From: the human T2T-CHM13v2.0 reference genome, Homo sapiens
Length of the DNA stretch: 64,000 nt
NCBI RefSeq assembly: GCF_009914755.1
Contig: NC_060926.1
Reading direction: 5' to 3' (one strand)
Shown here piece after piece: positions 1-24,432 of the stretch (the first letter of the stretch is position 1; every line of letters begins with the position of its first letter). The notes beneath the pieces were generated by a model. The model was not told the origin of the DNA. It was given only the letters and a program-made list of their open reading frames with translations, and ran no database searches. The position numbers were made by a program, and so were the translations under genes.

Positions 1-1110
1 TGGCTGGCTTGGCTGGCTTGGCTGGCCGGCTGGGTTGGCTGGCTGGCTGGCTGGGTGGTTTGGCTGGCTGGCTGGCTGGCTTGGCTGGCTTGGCTGGCTT
101 GGCTGGCTTCACTGGCTGCCTGGCTTGGCTGGCTGGCTGGCTTGCCTGGCTTGGCTGGCTTGGCTGGCTGGCTGGCTTTACTGGCTTGGCTGGCTGGGTG
201 GCTGGCTAGCTTGACTGGCTCGGCTGGCTTGGGTGGCTGGCTAGCTTGACTGGCTCGGCTGGCTTGGCTGGCTGGCTGGCTTTGCTGGCTGGCTGGCTGG
301 CTTGATTGGCTGGCTTGCCTGGCTGGATGGCTCCCTGACTTGGCTGGCTTTGCTGGCTGTCTGGCTCGGCTGGCTGGCTGGCTGGCTGGTTAGATGGCTT
401 GACTGGCTGGCTTGCTGGCTTGGCTGGCTGGCTGGCTTGGACGGCTTGGCTGGCTGGCTGCCTTCGCTGGCTTAGCTGGCTGGCTGTCTTGGGTGGCTTG
501 GCTTGCTGGCTGTCTGGCTGACTGGCTCGCTGGCTGGCTTGGCTGGCTTGGCTGGCTGGCTGTCTTGGCTGGCTTGGCTGTCTTTGTGGCTTCACTGGCT
601 TGGCTGGCTGGCTGGCTTGGCTGGCTTGGCTGGCTGGCTGGCTTCGCTGGCTTGGCTGGCTGGCTGGGTGGCTTTGCTGGCTGGCTGGCTGGCTGGCTTG
701 GCTGGCTTCACTGGCTGGCTTGGCCGGCTTGGCCGGCTTGGCTGGCTGGCTGGCTGGCTTGGCTTGCTGGCTGGCTGGCTGGCTTTGCTTGCTGGCTGGC
801 TGGCTTGGCTCGCTGGCTGGCTTGGCTGGCTGGCTGGCTGGCTGTCTTGGCTGGCTTGGTTGCCTGGCTGGCTGAGTGGCTTTGCTGGCTGGCTGGCTGG
901 CTGGCTTGGCTGGCTTGGCTGGCTAGCTGGCTAGCTGGCTTGGCTGACTTGGCTGGCTAGTTGGCTTGGCTGGCTTGGCTGGCTTGGCTGGCTGGCTGGC
1001 TGGCTGGCTTGGCTGGCTTGGCAGGCTGGCTGGTTGGGTGGCTTAGCTTGCTGGCTGGCTGGCTGGGTCGCTTGACTGGCTTGGCTGGTTGGCTTGGCTG
1101 GCTTGGTTTG
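1..1110. repeat. (TGGC/TGGCT)n mixed tetramer/pentamer satellite, block 1 (runs off the window start)
   Basis: Continuous ggct/ggctt units with almost no A on the + strand; merges into Alu sequence at ...ggtttg|ccaggctggagtgc near 1111. Confidence 0.95.
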
Positions 1111-8684
<7,574 letters not shown>

Positions 8685-11497
8685 TCCTGGCATGGCTGGC
8701 TGGCTGGCTTGTATGGCTTGGCTGGCTGGCTGGCATGGCTGGCTTGGCTGGTTCGCTGGCTGACAGGCTTGGCTGGCTGGGTGGCTTGGCTGGCATGCCT
8801 GGCTGGGTGGCTTGGGTGGCTTGGCTGGCTGGCTGGCTGGCTGGCTGTCTTGGCTGGTTGGGTGGCTTGGCCGGACGCCTTGCTTGTCTGGCTGGATGGC
8901 TTGGCTGGCATGGATTGCTTGGCTGGCTGGCTGGCTTGGCTTGCGTGGCTGGCTGGATGGCTTGGCTGGCTTGGCTGGCTGGCTGGCTTGGCTGGTGGGG
9001 TGGCTTGGCCGGACGCCTCGCTTGGCTGGCTGGATGGCTTGGCTGGCATGGATTGCTTGGCTGGCTGGCTGGCTTGGCTTGCGTGGCTGGCTGGATGGCT
9101 TGGCTGTCTTGGCTGTCTTGGCTGGCTGGATGGCTTGGCTGGCTGTGTGGCTTGGCTGTCTTGGCTGGCTGGGTGGCTTGGCTGGCTGTGTGGCTTGGCT
9201 GGCTTGGCTGGCTGGGTGGCTTGGCTGGCTGGCTGTGTGGCTTGGCTGGCTTGGCTGGCTGGGTGGCTTGGCTGGCTGGCTAACTGGCTTGGCTGGCATG
9301 GATGGCTGGCTGGCTTGGTGGGTGGCCGGCTTGGCAGGCTGGCTGGCTGGCCTGACTGGCTTGATGGCTAGATGGCTTGGCTGGCTGGGTGGCTTGCCTG
9401 GCTTGGCTGGCTTGGCTGTATGGCTGGCTTGACTGGCTTGGCTGGCTGGCTGTCTTGGCTGGCTTGGATGGCTGGCTGGCTTGGCTGGTTGGCTGGTTTG
9501 GACGGCTTGGCTGGCTTGGCTGGCGTGGGTGGCTGGCTGCCTGGCCGTCTTGGCTGGCTTGGCTGGCTGGGTGGCTTGGCTGGCTGGGTGGCTTGGCTGG
9601 TTTGGCTGGCTGGCTGGCTGGGTGGCTTGGCTAGCTGGCTGGCTTGGCTGGTTGGCTGGCTTGGCTGGCTTGGCCGGCCGGGTGGCTTGGCTGGCTTGGC
9701 TAGCCAGCTGGCTTAGCTAGCTGGATGGCTTGGCTGGCATGCCTGGCTTGGCTGGCTGGCTGGCTTGGCTGGCTTGGCTGCCTGGCTGGCTTGGCTGGCA
9801 TGCCTGTCTTGGCTGGCTGGCGGGCTTGACTGGCTTGGCTGGCTTGGCTGCCTGGCTGGCTGGCGGGCCTGGCTGGCTAGGTGGCTTGGCTGGCTTGGCT
9901 GGCTTGGCTGGCTTGGGTGGCTGGCTGATTGGCTTGGCTGGCTTGGCTGGCTGGGTGGCTTGGCTGGCTGGGTGGCTTGGCTGGCTGGCTGGGTGGCTTG
10001 GCTAGCTGGCTGGCTGGGCTGGTTGGTTGGCTTGGCTGGCATGCCTGGCTTTGCTTGCTGGCTGGCTTGGCTGGCTTGGCTGGCTGGCTTGGATGGCCGG
10101 GTGCCTTGTCTGGCTTGGCTGGCCGGCTGGCTTAGCTGGCTGGATGGCTTGGCTGGCATGCCTGGCTTGGCTGGCTGGCTGGTTTTGCTGGCTTGGCTGT
10201 CTGGCTGGCTTGGCTGGCCTGCCTGGCTTTGCTTGCTGGCTGGCTTGGCTGGCCTGCCTGGCTTTGCTTGCTGGCTGGCTTGGCTGGCTTGGCTGCCTGG
10301 CTGGCTTGGCTGGCATGCCTGTCTTGGCTGGCTGGCGGGCTTGACTGGCTTGGCTGGCTTGGCTGCCTGGCTGGCTTGGCTGGCTTGGCTAGCTGGCTGG
10401 CTGGCTGGCGGGCCTGGCTGGCTAGGTGGCTTGGCTGGCTTGGCTGGCTGGGTGGCTTGGCTGGCTTGGCTGGCTGGGAGGCTTGGCTGGCTTGGCTGGC
10501 TGGCTGGCTGGCTGGCTTGGATGGCTTGGCTGGCTTGGCTGGCTTGGGTGGCTGGCTGCCTAGCTGGCTGATTGGCTTGGCTGGCTTGGCTGGCTGGGTG
10601 GCTTGGCTGGTTTGGCTGGCTGGCTGGCTGGGTGGCTTGGCTAGCTGGCTGGCTTGGCTGGCTTGGTTGGCTGGCTCTCTTGTTTGGTTGGCTGGCTTGG
10701 CTGCCTTGGCTGGCTGGCTGACTTGGCTGTCTGGGCTGGTTGGGTAGCTGGCTGGCCTGGCTGGCTGGGTGGCTGGCTGGCTTGGCTGGCTTGTCTGTCT
10801 TGGCTGGCTGGGTGGCAGGCTGGTCTGGCTGGCTGGATGGCTGGCTGGCTTGGCTGGGTGGCCGGCTTGGCTGGCTTGGCTGACTGGCTTGGCTGGTTTG
10901 GCCAGCTTTGCTGGCTGGCTTGGGTCTCTTGGCTGGCTTTGCTGGGTGGCTGGCTTGGCTGGGTGACTGGCTGGCTTGGCTGGCTGGCTGGTTTTGGCTG
11001 GCTGACTGGCTGGGCTGGCTGGGCTCGCTGTCTGGCTTGGCCGGCTCGGCTGGCTGGCTGGCTGGCTGGGCTGGCTTGGTTGGCTTGGCTGGTTAACTGG
11101 CTGGCTTGGCTGGCTTGGCTTGGCTCGCTTGGCCTGCTGGCTTGGCTGCCTTGTCTGGCTGGCTGGCTTGGTTTGCTTGGCTGCCTGGCTGGCTTGGCTG
11201 GCTTGGCTGCCTTGGCTGGCTTGGCTGGCTGGCTGGCTTGGCTGACTTGGCTGTTTGGGTTGGCTGGCTGGCTGGGGCTCCTGGGCTGGCTGGCTGGCTT
11301 GGCTGGCTGGCTTGCTTGGCTGGCTTGGCTGGCTGGCAGGCTTGGCTGGCTTGGCTGGCTGGCTGTCTTGGCTGGCTTGGCTGGCTGACTGGCTTGGCTG
11401 GTTTGGCTGGCTTGGCTGGCTGGCTAGCTGGCTCACTTGGCTGGCTTGGCTGGGTGGGTGGCTTAGCTGGCTTGGCTGACTGGCTTGGCTGGCTTGG
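8685..11497. repeat. (TGGC/TGGCT)n satellite, block 2, with internal duplications of 100-400 bp
   Basis: Same units as block 1; for example gtggcttggccggacgcct...tggcatggattgcttgg recurs at about 8862 and 9000. Confidence 0.95.
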
Positions 11498-12090
11498 ACA
11501 TTAAATATAATAATATATTTGGTACATTAAATATAAATTGTATACGTTAAATATAAACATCTTTTATACATCAAACATAAACATTTTATACATTAAATGT
11601 AAGCATATCTTATATGTTAAATATAAACTTTTATACATTAAATATAAGAATACATTTGGTACATATAATGTATACAGTACATTAAATATAGACATTTTAG
11701 ACATTAAATATAAGCATATATTCAGCACATTAAATGTAAACATATTTTATACATTAAATATAAATACTGTGTATGTTAAATATAAATATGTATTTTCTAT
11801 ATTAAATATAAATATGTATCCTGTACATTAAATATAAACATATTTTCTATATTAAATATAAACATGTATTTTGCATAGTAAATATAACTATGCATTTTCT
11901 ATATTAAATATCAACATGTATTATGTATATTAAACAAAGACATATATTTCCCATATTAAATATAAACATATATTTTTATATGTTAAATATAAATATATAT
12001 TTCCTGTATTAAATATCCACATATATATTAAATATAAATATATTTTTCTATATGAAATGTAAACATATTTTAAACATTAAATATAAATAT
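11498..12090. repeat. AT-rich minisatellite, unit about 25-30 bp (acattaaatataaacatattttctat-like)
   Basis: ttaaatataaa core recurs roughly every 25-30 bp. Confidence 0.85.
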
Positions 12091-12595
12091 TCGTCTTAGA
12101 TATGGCCCTTGTTGGAATGTGTAGTAGATTGAGTATATAATGTCTACTCAATATAAAATTTATACTTATATATGCAGTAATGATTCAAGTTGATTGTAGT
12201 TAAGAAAAACAAGCTCCAAATTCGAAAGAAATATGTAAGAAGAGAGACAGGAAGAAAAAATAATGAGGCAGGTAAATGCAACAGACAATTCGAGACCCAC
12301 AAGTGCAGAGCAGGCTTCCCAGACCCAGGTAATGTCTCCTGGGCTGATAGGAAGCCCTCAACCCCCCAAGTCCTTCTCAGCCATAAACCACCTGAGCACA
12401 GAGCCACAGGGACCGTGTTGGGGCTGGGCCTCCCGACTTCAGTTCCTCTCATTCTGTGCAAAAGGAAAAACAATTCAGAATCTACAGAGGTTTAGATGTG
12501 TGCAGATGTGGACAGAGAAGTCCGGGCACAGTGGTTTACTGCCCAAGAAGACAGTGAGTCCCCGGAGGAATAGAAGAATATACATCATGCTAATA

Positions 12596-12880
12596 TATGT
12601 CATCCCAGTACTTTGGGAGGCCGAGGCGGGTGGATCACTTGAGGTCAAGAGTTCGAGACCAGCCTGGCCAACATGGTGAAACCCCGTCTCTACTAAAAAT
12701 ACAGAAATTAGTTGGCCGCGGGGGTGGATGACTGTGATCCCAGATACTCGGGAGACAGAGGCAGGATGAACTGCTTGAACCTGGGAGGAGGAGGTTGCAG
12801 TGAGCTGAGATCATGCCATTGCACTCCAGCCTGGGGAAAAGAGCAAGATCCAGTCTCAAAGAAAAAAGAAAAAAAGAAAG
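12596..12880 (+). mobile_element. AluS, slightly 5'-truncated
   Basis: tcccagtactttgggaggccgagg...gcactccagcctgg followed by an A-rich tail. Confidence 0.9.
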
Positions 12881-13304
12881 AAGTTGTGAGTGCTAAGTTC
12901 TCTCTGGATTTTCAGGAGGCCAGTTCTCCAGTCCACGGTGGCCTGGGAGGACAGGGGTTCCTGAGGGTGAACAGAGCCTGTGCCCGGTCAGGTAGGATCA
13001 TATGTCCCTGAAGTTCAGAACCCAGGAGCATGGGGATGGTCCTGGGGGTTCCTGCTGCACGGAGGGAAGACCCTCTTTCCACAGGGGCCCCGGAGAGCGA
13101 GAGGAAGGAGGAGGGCAGGTCAGTGAGTGTGATGGGGTCACAGTGGAGAGGGAAGCAGAAAGAAGTGTTCCCACAGCAAGACACACACACTGTCCATGCT
13201 GAAGCTACAGAGAGGACCTCTCCACCTGTGTCTGCCGCAAAGCAGTGGGGCGTCTTCTGGCAGCCCAGAGTCACCTCCAGATCCCACCTGCACCATGCTT
13301 CCTG

Positions 13305-14945
<1,641 letters not shown>

Positions 14946-15982
14946 TGTGTACTTATATTCTATATATTATAAAACATTATATAAAATTATACATGTATAA
15001 TAAAATGTTACATAAAAATTTTAACATAATACCATTTTATTATATATATTTCTAAATTTAATATAATGAAATTTTATATATAATAATGTATAACATCTCT
15101 AAATTTATTATAATACAATGATATGTAATTATTTTCTCATATTATAATTATACATAAGGTAATTTATTATAAATAAGATTTTATATAATCTACATTTATT
15201 ATAATAAAATTTTATTACATATAACGCATTTCTAAATTTAATACAATAAAATACTATGTATAATAATTTATAACGTTTCAAAATTTATTATATAATTTTA
15301 TTATACAATTATTTTATACATAATTATACATAGTATATAATTGTACTTATAGAAATATAATTATGCATATACAATATGTAATTTTATTTTTACACAGTAT
15401 ATATGTATAATTATGTATTAACAAATATAATATCAATTTTATATACTTATTTACATTAAGTTATATATTATATAAATGATGTTATATGTTATATATGTTA
15501 CATATATTTTTGCTTAATATATTAAATTTAATCTATAAAATTATGTATTAGAAATAAAAGTATTTGCTTAATATATTAAATTTAATCTATAAAATTATGT
15601 ATTAGAAATAAAAGTATTTTACATATACACTACATATAACTTTATTTATATAAAAATATAAAAGTCATATGGTTAAGTTACTAAAATAATTTATATCAAT
15701 CTATTCATATAAAATATACACAATGCATATTTCTATAAATACAAAGTATATAAAACTTTTACCAGTAGGATGCAAAGAGTTGCTGACCGTCTGCAGAAAT
15801 CCTGAACCTCTGGAAGCAGAATAAAATCTTACCTCCCAGTCTGCTTTGAAAGGAACAGTAAAGCAGTCCCGAACCCCAAACCCACCCTAAGGGGAGATGG
15901 GGGAGTTGGGATGGACGCGTTGACCAGTGAGGACTTTCCTTTGCTGGTTTTGAGGTGTCTTAGCCCAGAAGCTAAGATGGGA

Positions 15983-17479
15983 AGTGATTCTGGAGCAGGT
16001 GAGCTGATCACAAGCCTGAGCCAAGAATCCATGGAGCTCATAAATAGCAGAAGCCGGGACCCTGTGCAAATCCTTCTGAAATATTCTCCATTTACTGGGC
16101 TCCTAGGGGTGGGGAAGAAAAATTCCCTGACATTTCGGCCTCAGGGAAAGAGAGAGACACCCCACTGGCCGGAAGCCTCTGCTATTTTTCAGAAGACAGC
16201 TGGGGCATCACCCTTTCCCAAATGACGGTGATTTTCAGAGTGGTTCACTTTTTGGAGAGACATTTCTGCCCTGGAGATCCATACATATTGAACCCAAATG
16301 AATATTTTTTAATTAAAAAAAATTAAACTTTAGAAAGTTCAATATTGAGGCAGCTACGAGTTTGAATTCCTCATTTTTCCTAAATGCATGTTGTCAAAAT
16401 CTGTATTGCATTTAATAACTACTTATGTTTCTAATGTATATAAGGTTACACAATGTTTTCTTCTTTTTCTGCTCCTCAGGGTCAGAATTTGAAATAAAAG
16501 TTTTGGAAAGAAAAAACACTCTTGTCTGTTTGTGCAAAAATAAAAGAACCCATATTTTAAGAATATTTTAAAATAAATACAAATTTTGTGTGTGGGGTTG
16601 CTTATAAGAATTCTTCATATCCTAAATCAAAGATAGATCTTGTTATTAACCAGAAAACAAAATGTATGTGTATAAATGTACAACACTCTTACACTCACAC
16701 AAACACAGGCACACATGCACACACACACATTCACGCACTCACTGATGTACTCACACAAACACAGGCATTCATGTATAAATACACACATAAGCGTGTATTT
16801 ATAGAAATATAATTATGCACATACAATATATAATTTTATTTTTACATAGTATATATACATAATTATGTATTAACAAATATAAGATCAATTTTATTATATA
16901 CTTATTTACATAAAGATATATTATATAAATGATGTTATATGGCATGTATATATCACATATAACTTTGCTTAGTATATAAAATTTAATCTATAAAATTATG
17001 TATCACAAATAAAAGTATATTTTACATATACACTATATATAACTTTATTTATATGAACTATAAAAATCATGTTTATATTAATAAAATATATTTATATCAA
17101 TATATTAATATAAAGTATGCACAATGTATATTTATATAAAAATTTTTAATTAAAAAATATTCATTTGGGTTCAATATGTATGGATCGCCAGGGCAGAAAC
17201 GTCTCTTCAAAAGGTGAACCGTTCTTAAAATCACCGTCATTTGGGAAAGAGTGATACCCCACCTGTTTTCTGAGAAACAGCAGAGGTGTACGGCCAGCGG
17301 GGTGTCTCTCTCTTTCCCTGAGGCCGAAAAGTCAGGGAATTTTTCTTCCCCACCCCTAGGAGCTCTGTAAACCGGGGATATTTCAGAAGGATTTGCACAG
17401 GGTCCCGGCTTCTGTTGTAAATGAGCTCCATAGATTCTCGGCTCAGACTTGTGATCAGCTCACCTGCTCCAGAATCACT
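15983..17479. repeat. Inverted repeat pair of about 337 bp (15983-16320 and 17143-17479)
   Basis: The second arm is the reverse complement of the first with scattered substitutions; the ORF track gives near-identical peptides on opposite strands (SDSGAGELITSLS...). Confidence 0.92.
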
Positions 17480-17924
17480 GACACAAATGCAACCACACAC
17501 TTACACAAACACACATCAACACAAAGACAGACAGAATCACAAAACACACTCATAGAAACACATGGACACACGAAGACATGCACACTCACACAAATGCAGG
17601 GACACACACACAAACACAATTACAAAAATGTGTGGGTTTTTTGCACACGTGGGTGCACATGCACATTGACATTCTCACAAAGCACACAAACACGTATACA
17701 TACAAAGTCACTCATAAACAGAATCATGAAAACACTCTCATATAAACACGTGGATGGCTACTCACCCACACAGACACTCACATATGTCATACACACTCAT
17801 AGACATACTCAGAATCACACAAGCACACACAAACACATAAATACAGTCACACACTCATGGAAACACAGTCACAAAAAGACTCACATAATCATGTAGACAC
17901 ACAAACATAAAAATTCACACACTG

Positions 17925-18425
<501 letters not shown>

Positions 18426-18777
18426 TCATATTCACAAACACACAAATACGATAAACGCAGGGGCACACAAAAACACCATCACAAAAACACACTTCCATAA
18501 AACACAGGAATGCACGCTCACACAGAAACACGCATGGAAACACACGTTGTCTTACAGACTCACAGACACACTCATCATCACATAAACAGGCACACACACA
18601 CAGCCACACAAGCACACACCCACACCCACATCAACACACACACTCCCACACGGCACACACGCGCTCACGCACACAGGTAGAACAGGCCTGCATTACCTGA
18701 TAACGCAGTGAAATCAGACGTGATGCTGCCTGCTGAGGAGACCTGGAGGCTTCCCATGAATGGGCTTTCAGAAGAGA

Positions 18778-19165
18778 GGTCTCTGGGTGCATTTGGTGAC
18801 ACCCCAGGCAGTGGGGGAGACGTCCAGGCTGGAAGGCCAGCCACAGCCAGCTCTGCCCAAGGATGCCACGTCCATTTGCTTCAGTAGGATATGTACCCTG
18901 GAAACCCAGCTTCCTGCCTCTCCAGGAAACCCCACTGAGGTCAGCACATCCCCCCAGGTTTAGAAGGGGTCTCTGGGTGCATCTGGTGACACCCCAGGCG
19001 GGGGGGAGTGAGACATCCAGGCTGGAAGGCCAGCCACAGCCAGCTCTGCCCACGGATGCCACGTCCATTTGCTTCAGTAGGATCTGCACCCTGTAAACCC
19101 TGGTTCCTGCCTCTCCAGGACACCCCACTGAGGTCAGCACCCCCCACCCCCCACCCCCAGGTTTG
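18778..19165. repeat. Two-copy tandem duplication, about 190 bp
   Basis: ggtctctgggtgcat...actgaggtcagcac at about 18778 and 18968. Confidence 0.9.
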
Positions 19166-19930
19166 TGCAGCTTCACTATCTGGGGAGAGACACAGAAAGA
19201 CCACATTCGGTGGAATTCTGGCTATAACCTTTTGTGGCCGGCAAGAAGGATCACCAAGCTGTCCTGTTACCTTGCTGGAGCGATCACTGGTTTCACGCTT
19301 GGCCCCCGTGCAGTGAGTGCCTGGGCCAGGCTCGATTCTTGGAGCTCCAGTGAAATTTGGGCTTGGAGCTCACGCCTGCACCATCCAGAAAGCAGAAGGC
19401 AGCTGGCCCGGGCTGTACGCTTCATAGAATCAGAGAGAACACTGCTTGCCTTCATGTCTGTACCACAATAAATCTGCCAACTGTGGTCAAAGTCTCTGGA
19501 TTCCTGCCCCCTCATTTTATTTTGTCTATTATGGAGTGGAAGGAGTGAGAAAGATTTTGCTTCCTATTTTGTTTTGCAAGGCGTTTCTAAGAAAAACAAC
19601 CCGTGTTCTGCAAACGACATTCTGAGTGTCCCCTGGGCGTGATGAAAACAAACTTTGGGAATCCAAGGGCCTGAGAGGCAGAGTGAATGTCATTCACATT
19701 TCCCTGCGAATGACAAAGTCACTTTTTATTTATTATTATTATTATTATTAATTATTATTATTATAGATTCAGGGGATCCACGGGCAGCTTTGTGTCCTGG
19801 GGATATTGTACGATGCTGAGGTTTGGGGTATGAATAATCCCGTCACCCAGGCGCTGAGCATTGTACATTGCTGAGGTATATAATGTGTACTAAAAATAAA
19901 ATGTATATTTATATATGCACTAATGATTCA

Positions 19931-20420
<490 letters not shown>

Positions 20421-20509
20421 TCAACCCTTGTACCCCCGCCCCTGCTTCCTACTCTATTAGTCCTGAGGGTCTGTGGTGCCCCTTCATTGTGTCCAGGTGC
20501 AGGCAATGT

Positions 20510-21545
20510 TTAGCTCCCACCTATAAGCAAAAACATGTGGTATTTTATTTTCTGTTCCTGGCGTTAATTCACTAAGCATAGTGCCCTTCAGCTTCATCCA
20601 TGTGACTGCAAAGGGCATGATTTTATTCTTGTTCATGGCTGTGTAGTATTCCATGATGCGGAAGGACCACATTTACTTTATCTAATTGAGAACATGTGGT
20701 ATTTGATTTTCTGTTTCTGGCATTAATTCACTAAGCATAATGCCCTTCAGCTTCATCCACGTTGCTGCAAAGGGCATGATTTTATTCTTGTTCATGGCTG
20801 TGTAGTATTCCATGATGCAGAAGGACCACATTTGCTTTATCTAGTGCAGAACATGTGGTATTTGATTTTCTGTTCCTCATATTGATTCACTAAGCATAAT
20901 GCCCTCTGGCTGCATCCATGTGGCTGCAAAGACATGATTTTATTTTTTTCATCACTGTGTAGTATTCCGTGGTGTAGAAGGGCCACATTTGCTTTATCCA
21001 GTTGAGAACATGTAGTATTTCATTTTCTGTTCCTGGCATTAATTCACTAAGCATAATGTCCTTCAGCTGTGTCCATGTGGCTGCAAAGGACATGACATTA
21101 TTCTTTTTCGTGGCTGTGTAGTATTCCATGATGCAGAAAGACCACATTTGCTTTATCTAGTGGAGAACATGTGGTATTCGATTTTCTTTTCCTGGCGTTA
21201 ATTCACTAAGCATAATTCCCTTCAGCTGTGTCCACGTGGCTGCAAAAACATGATTTTATTCTTTTTCATGGCTGTGCAGTATTCCATGGTGTAGAAGGGC
21301 CACAATTGCTTTATCCAGACAAGAACATGTGGTATTTGATTTTCTGTTCTTGTGTTAATTCATTAAGCATAATGCCCTCCAGCTACATCCATGTGGCCGC
21401 AAAGGACATGATTTTATTCTTTTTCATGGCTGTGTAGTATTCGATGCTGTAGAAGAACCACTTTTGCTTTATCCAGTACCCCACTGATGGGCAACTAGGT
21501 TGATTCCATGACTTTCCTATTGTAAGTCGTGCTGTGATGAACCTT
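20510..21545 (-). repeat. Tandem array of six L1 (L1PB-like) 3'-region fragments, about 158 bp each
   Basis: Unit gaacatgtggtattt...attcactaagcataat...gtagtattccatg...cacatttgctttatc starts at about 20531, 20690, 20848, 21006, 21165 and 21323. Confidence 0.85.
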
Positions 21546-21550
21546 ACAGG

Positions 21551-21835
21551 GCCAGGCACTGTAATCCCAGCACTCTGGAGGGCCAAGGTGGGCAGATCAC
21601 CTGAGGTCAGGAGTTCGAGACCAGCCTGGTCAATATGGTGAAACCCTGTCTCTACTAAAAATACAAAAATTAGCCAGGCATGGTGGCGCATGCCTGTAAT
21701 CCCAGCTGCTCAAGAGGCTGAGGCAGGAGAATCACTTGAACCCTGGAGGCAGAGGTTGCAGTGAGCCGAGATTGCTACTGCACTCCAGCATGGGAAATAG
21801 AGCGAGACTCCATCTCAAAAAACAAACAAAAAAAA
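21551..21835 (+). mobile_element. AluS element
   Basis: Alu body with a short 5' deletion and an A-rich tail. Confidence 0.9.
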
Positions 21836-22203
21836 GGAACTTTACCATGCATGTGTCTTTTTGGTAGAATGACTTCTTTTCCTTTGGGTAGATGCCCAGT
21901 CTTGGAATTGCTGGTGCAAATGGTGGAGCAGTTTGGATTCAGGAGGTACATGTACAGGTTTCTTACATGGGTACGATGTGTGATGCTGAGGTCTGGGGTA
22001 TGAGTGATCCCATCACCCAGGTAGTGAGCATAATAACCCACAGTTGGTTTTTTCAACTCTTGTCCTTCTACCTTCCTCTCTCCCCCTAACTAGACCCCAA
22101 TATCTGTTCCCTTCTCTGTGTCTACATATACACAACATTTAGCTCCCACTTATAAGTGAGAACACGCAGCATTCTATTAATTTACTTAAGATAATGGCCT
22201 CCA

Positions 22204-22665
22204 CACTGTTCACAATAGCAAAGATGTGGAACCAACCCAAATGCTCATCAGTGATAGACTGGATAAAGAAAATGTAGCACATAGACACTGTGGAATACTA
22301 TGCAGCCATGAAAAAGATGAGTTCATGTCCTTTGCAGGGACATGGATGAAGCTGGAAACCCTCATGTTCAGCAAAGTGACACAGGAACAGAAAACCAAAC
22401 AGTGCATGTTCTCACTCATAAGTGGGAAGTGAACAATGAGAACACATCAACCCAGAGAGGGGAACATCACACACTGGGGCCTACTGCAGGGGTGGGGGAC
22501 TGGGAAAGGGACAGCATTATGAGAAATATCTAATGTAGATGATGGGTTGATGGGTGCAGCAAACCGCTATGGCACATGTATATCTATGTAACAATCCTGC
22601 ACATTCTGCACATATACCCCAGAACTTAAAGTAGAATAGAAAAAAAATAATAAAAATAATTAAAA
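22204..22665 (+). mobile_element. L1PA 3' end inserted into an older antisense L1 (about 21836-22785)
   Basis: L1 3' UTR ending in agaacttaaag plus A tail; 16-bp TSD aagataatggcctcca at 22188-22203 and 22666-22681. Confidence 0.88.
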
Positions 22666-22826
22666 AAGATAATGGCCTCCAGCTACATCCATGTTGCTGC
22701 AAAAAAAAAAAAAAAAAACAACCGTGATTTTGTTCCTTTTCAGGGTTGCGTAGTAGTCCATGGTGTAGATGTACCACATTTTCTTTGAGGGTGGGAGGAG
22801 GGAGAAGATCAGCAAAAATAACCTGT

Positions 22827-23135
<309 letters not shown>

Positions 23136-23621
23136 CAACCTGCTAGGCTTAGGACCTAGGTTGATTCCATTACAAAAAACAAAACAAAACAAAACAAAAA
23201 ACTAACTTTTTAAAAGAAGGATCTCTCTGTTCAAAAACAAAACCAATGCCCTGTCAGGAAAGATGTTCTGTGTTTCTGGTAAAGCTGGAAGGAACCTACA
23301 GGAAGGAGTCACCCCATAAAACTAGTGGAGCAGCATTGCCTTTTGGAGTGAGGGCTGCTTCTGTTAGGCCACCAGGATGAGTGCCTTCCTGGGGAGTGTG
23401 GTTCATCCTATACCATCCAGGAAGCAATTCCTGCCCCCAAATCACCTGCCAGCTTCTGCCCTGTAAGTAAAATCCCCAGCAAGCGGGCAGCAAGGAGCTG
23501 CTTGCCTTGGAAGGCAGCTGAAGTCTCTGCCCACCACCCAGACTGTGTCCTCTGGGCAAGGCCAGGGCTTCCAGTTGGATGGTTTTCACATTAACGGCTG
23601 CTGTTTAGAATCATCAACATT

Positions 23622-24248
<627 letters not shown>

Positions 24249-24335
24249 TCATCAACATTGCCTTGGCCCAATCTCTTCCCAGACTTGTCAAATCTTTACC
24301 ACTGGACCTCCATGTTCTAGTTTCAAAGCTCTGCT

Positions 24336-24432
24336 GGCCACAGTGGCTCATGTCTGTAATCCCAGCACTTTGGGAGGCTGAGGTAGGAGGACTGCTTGAA
24401 CCCAGGAGCATGAATCCATCCTAGGCAACATA
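24336..24432 (+). mobile_element. Alu left-monomer (FLAM-like) fragment
   Basis: gtggctcatgtctgtaatcccagcactttgggaggctgagg...ggcaacatagtga. Confidence 0.75.
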
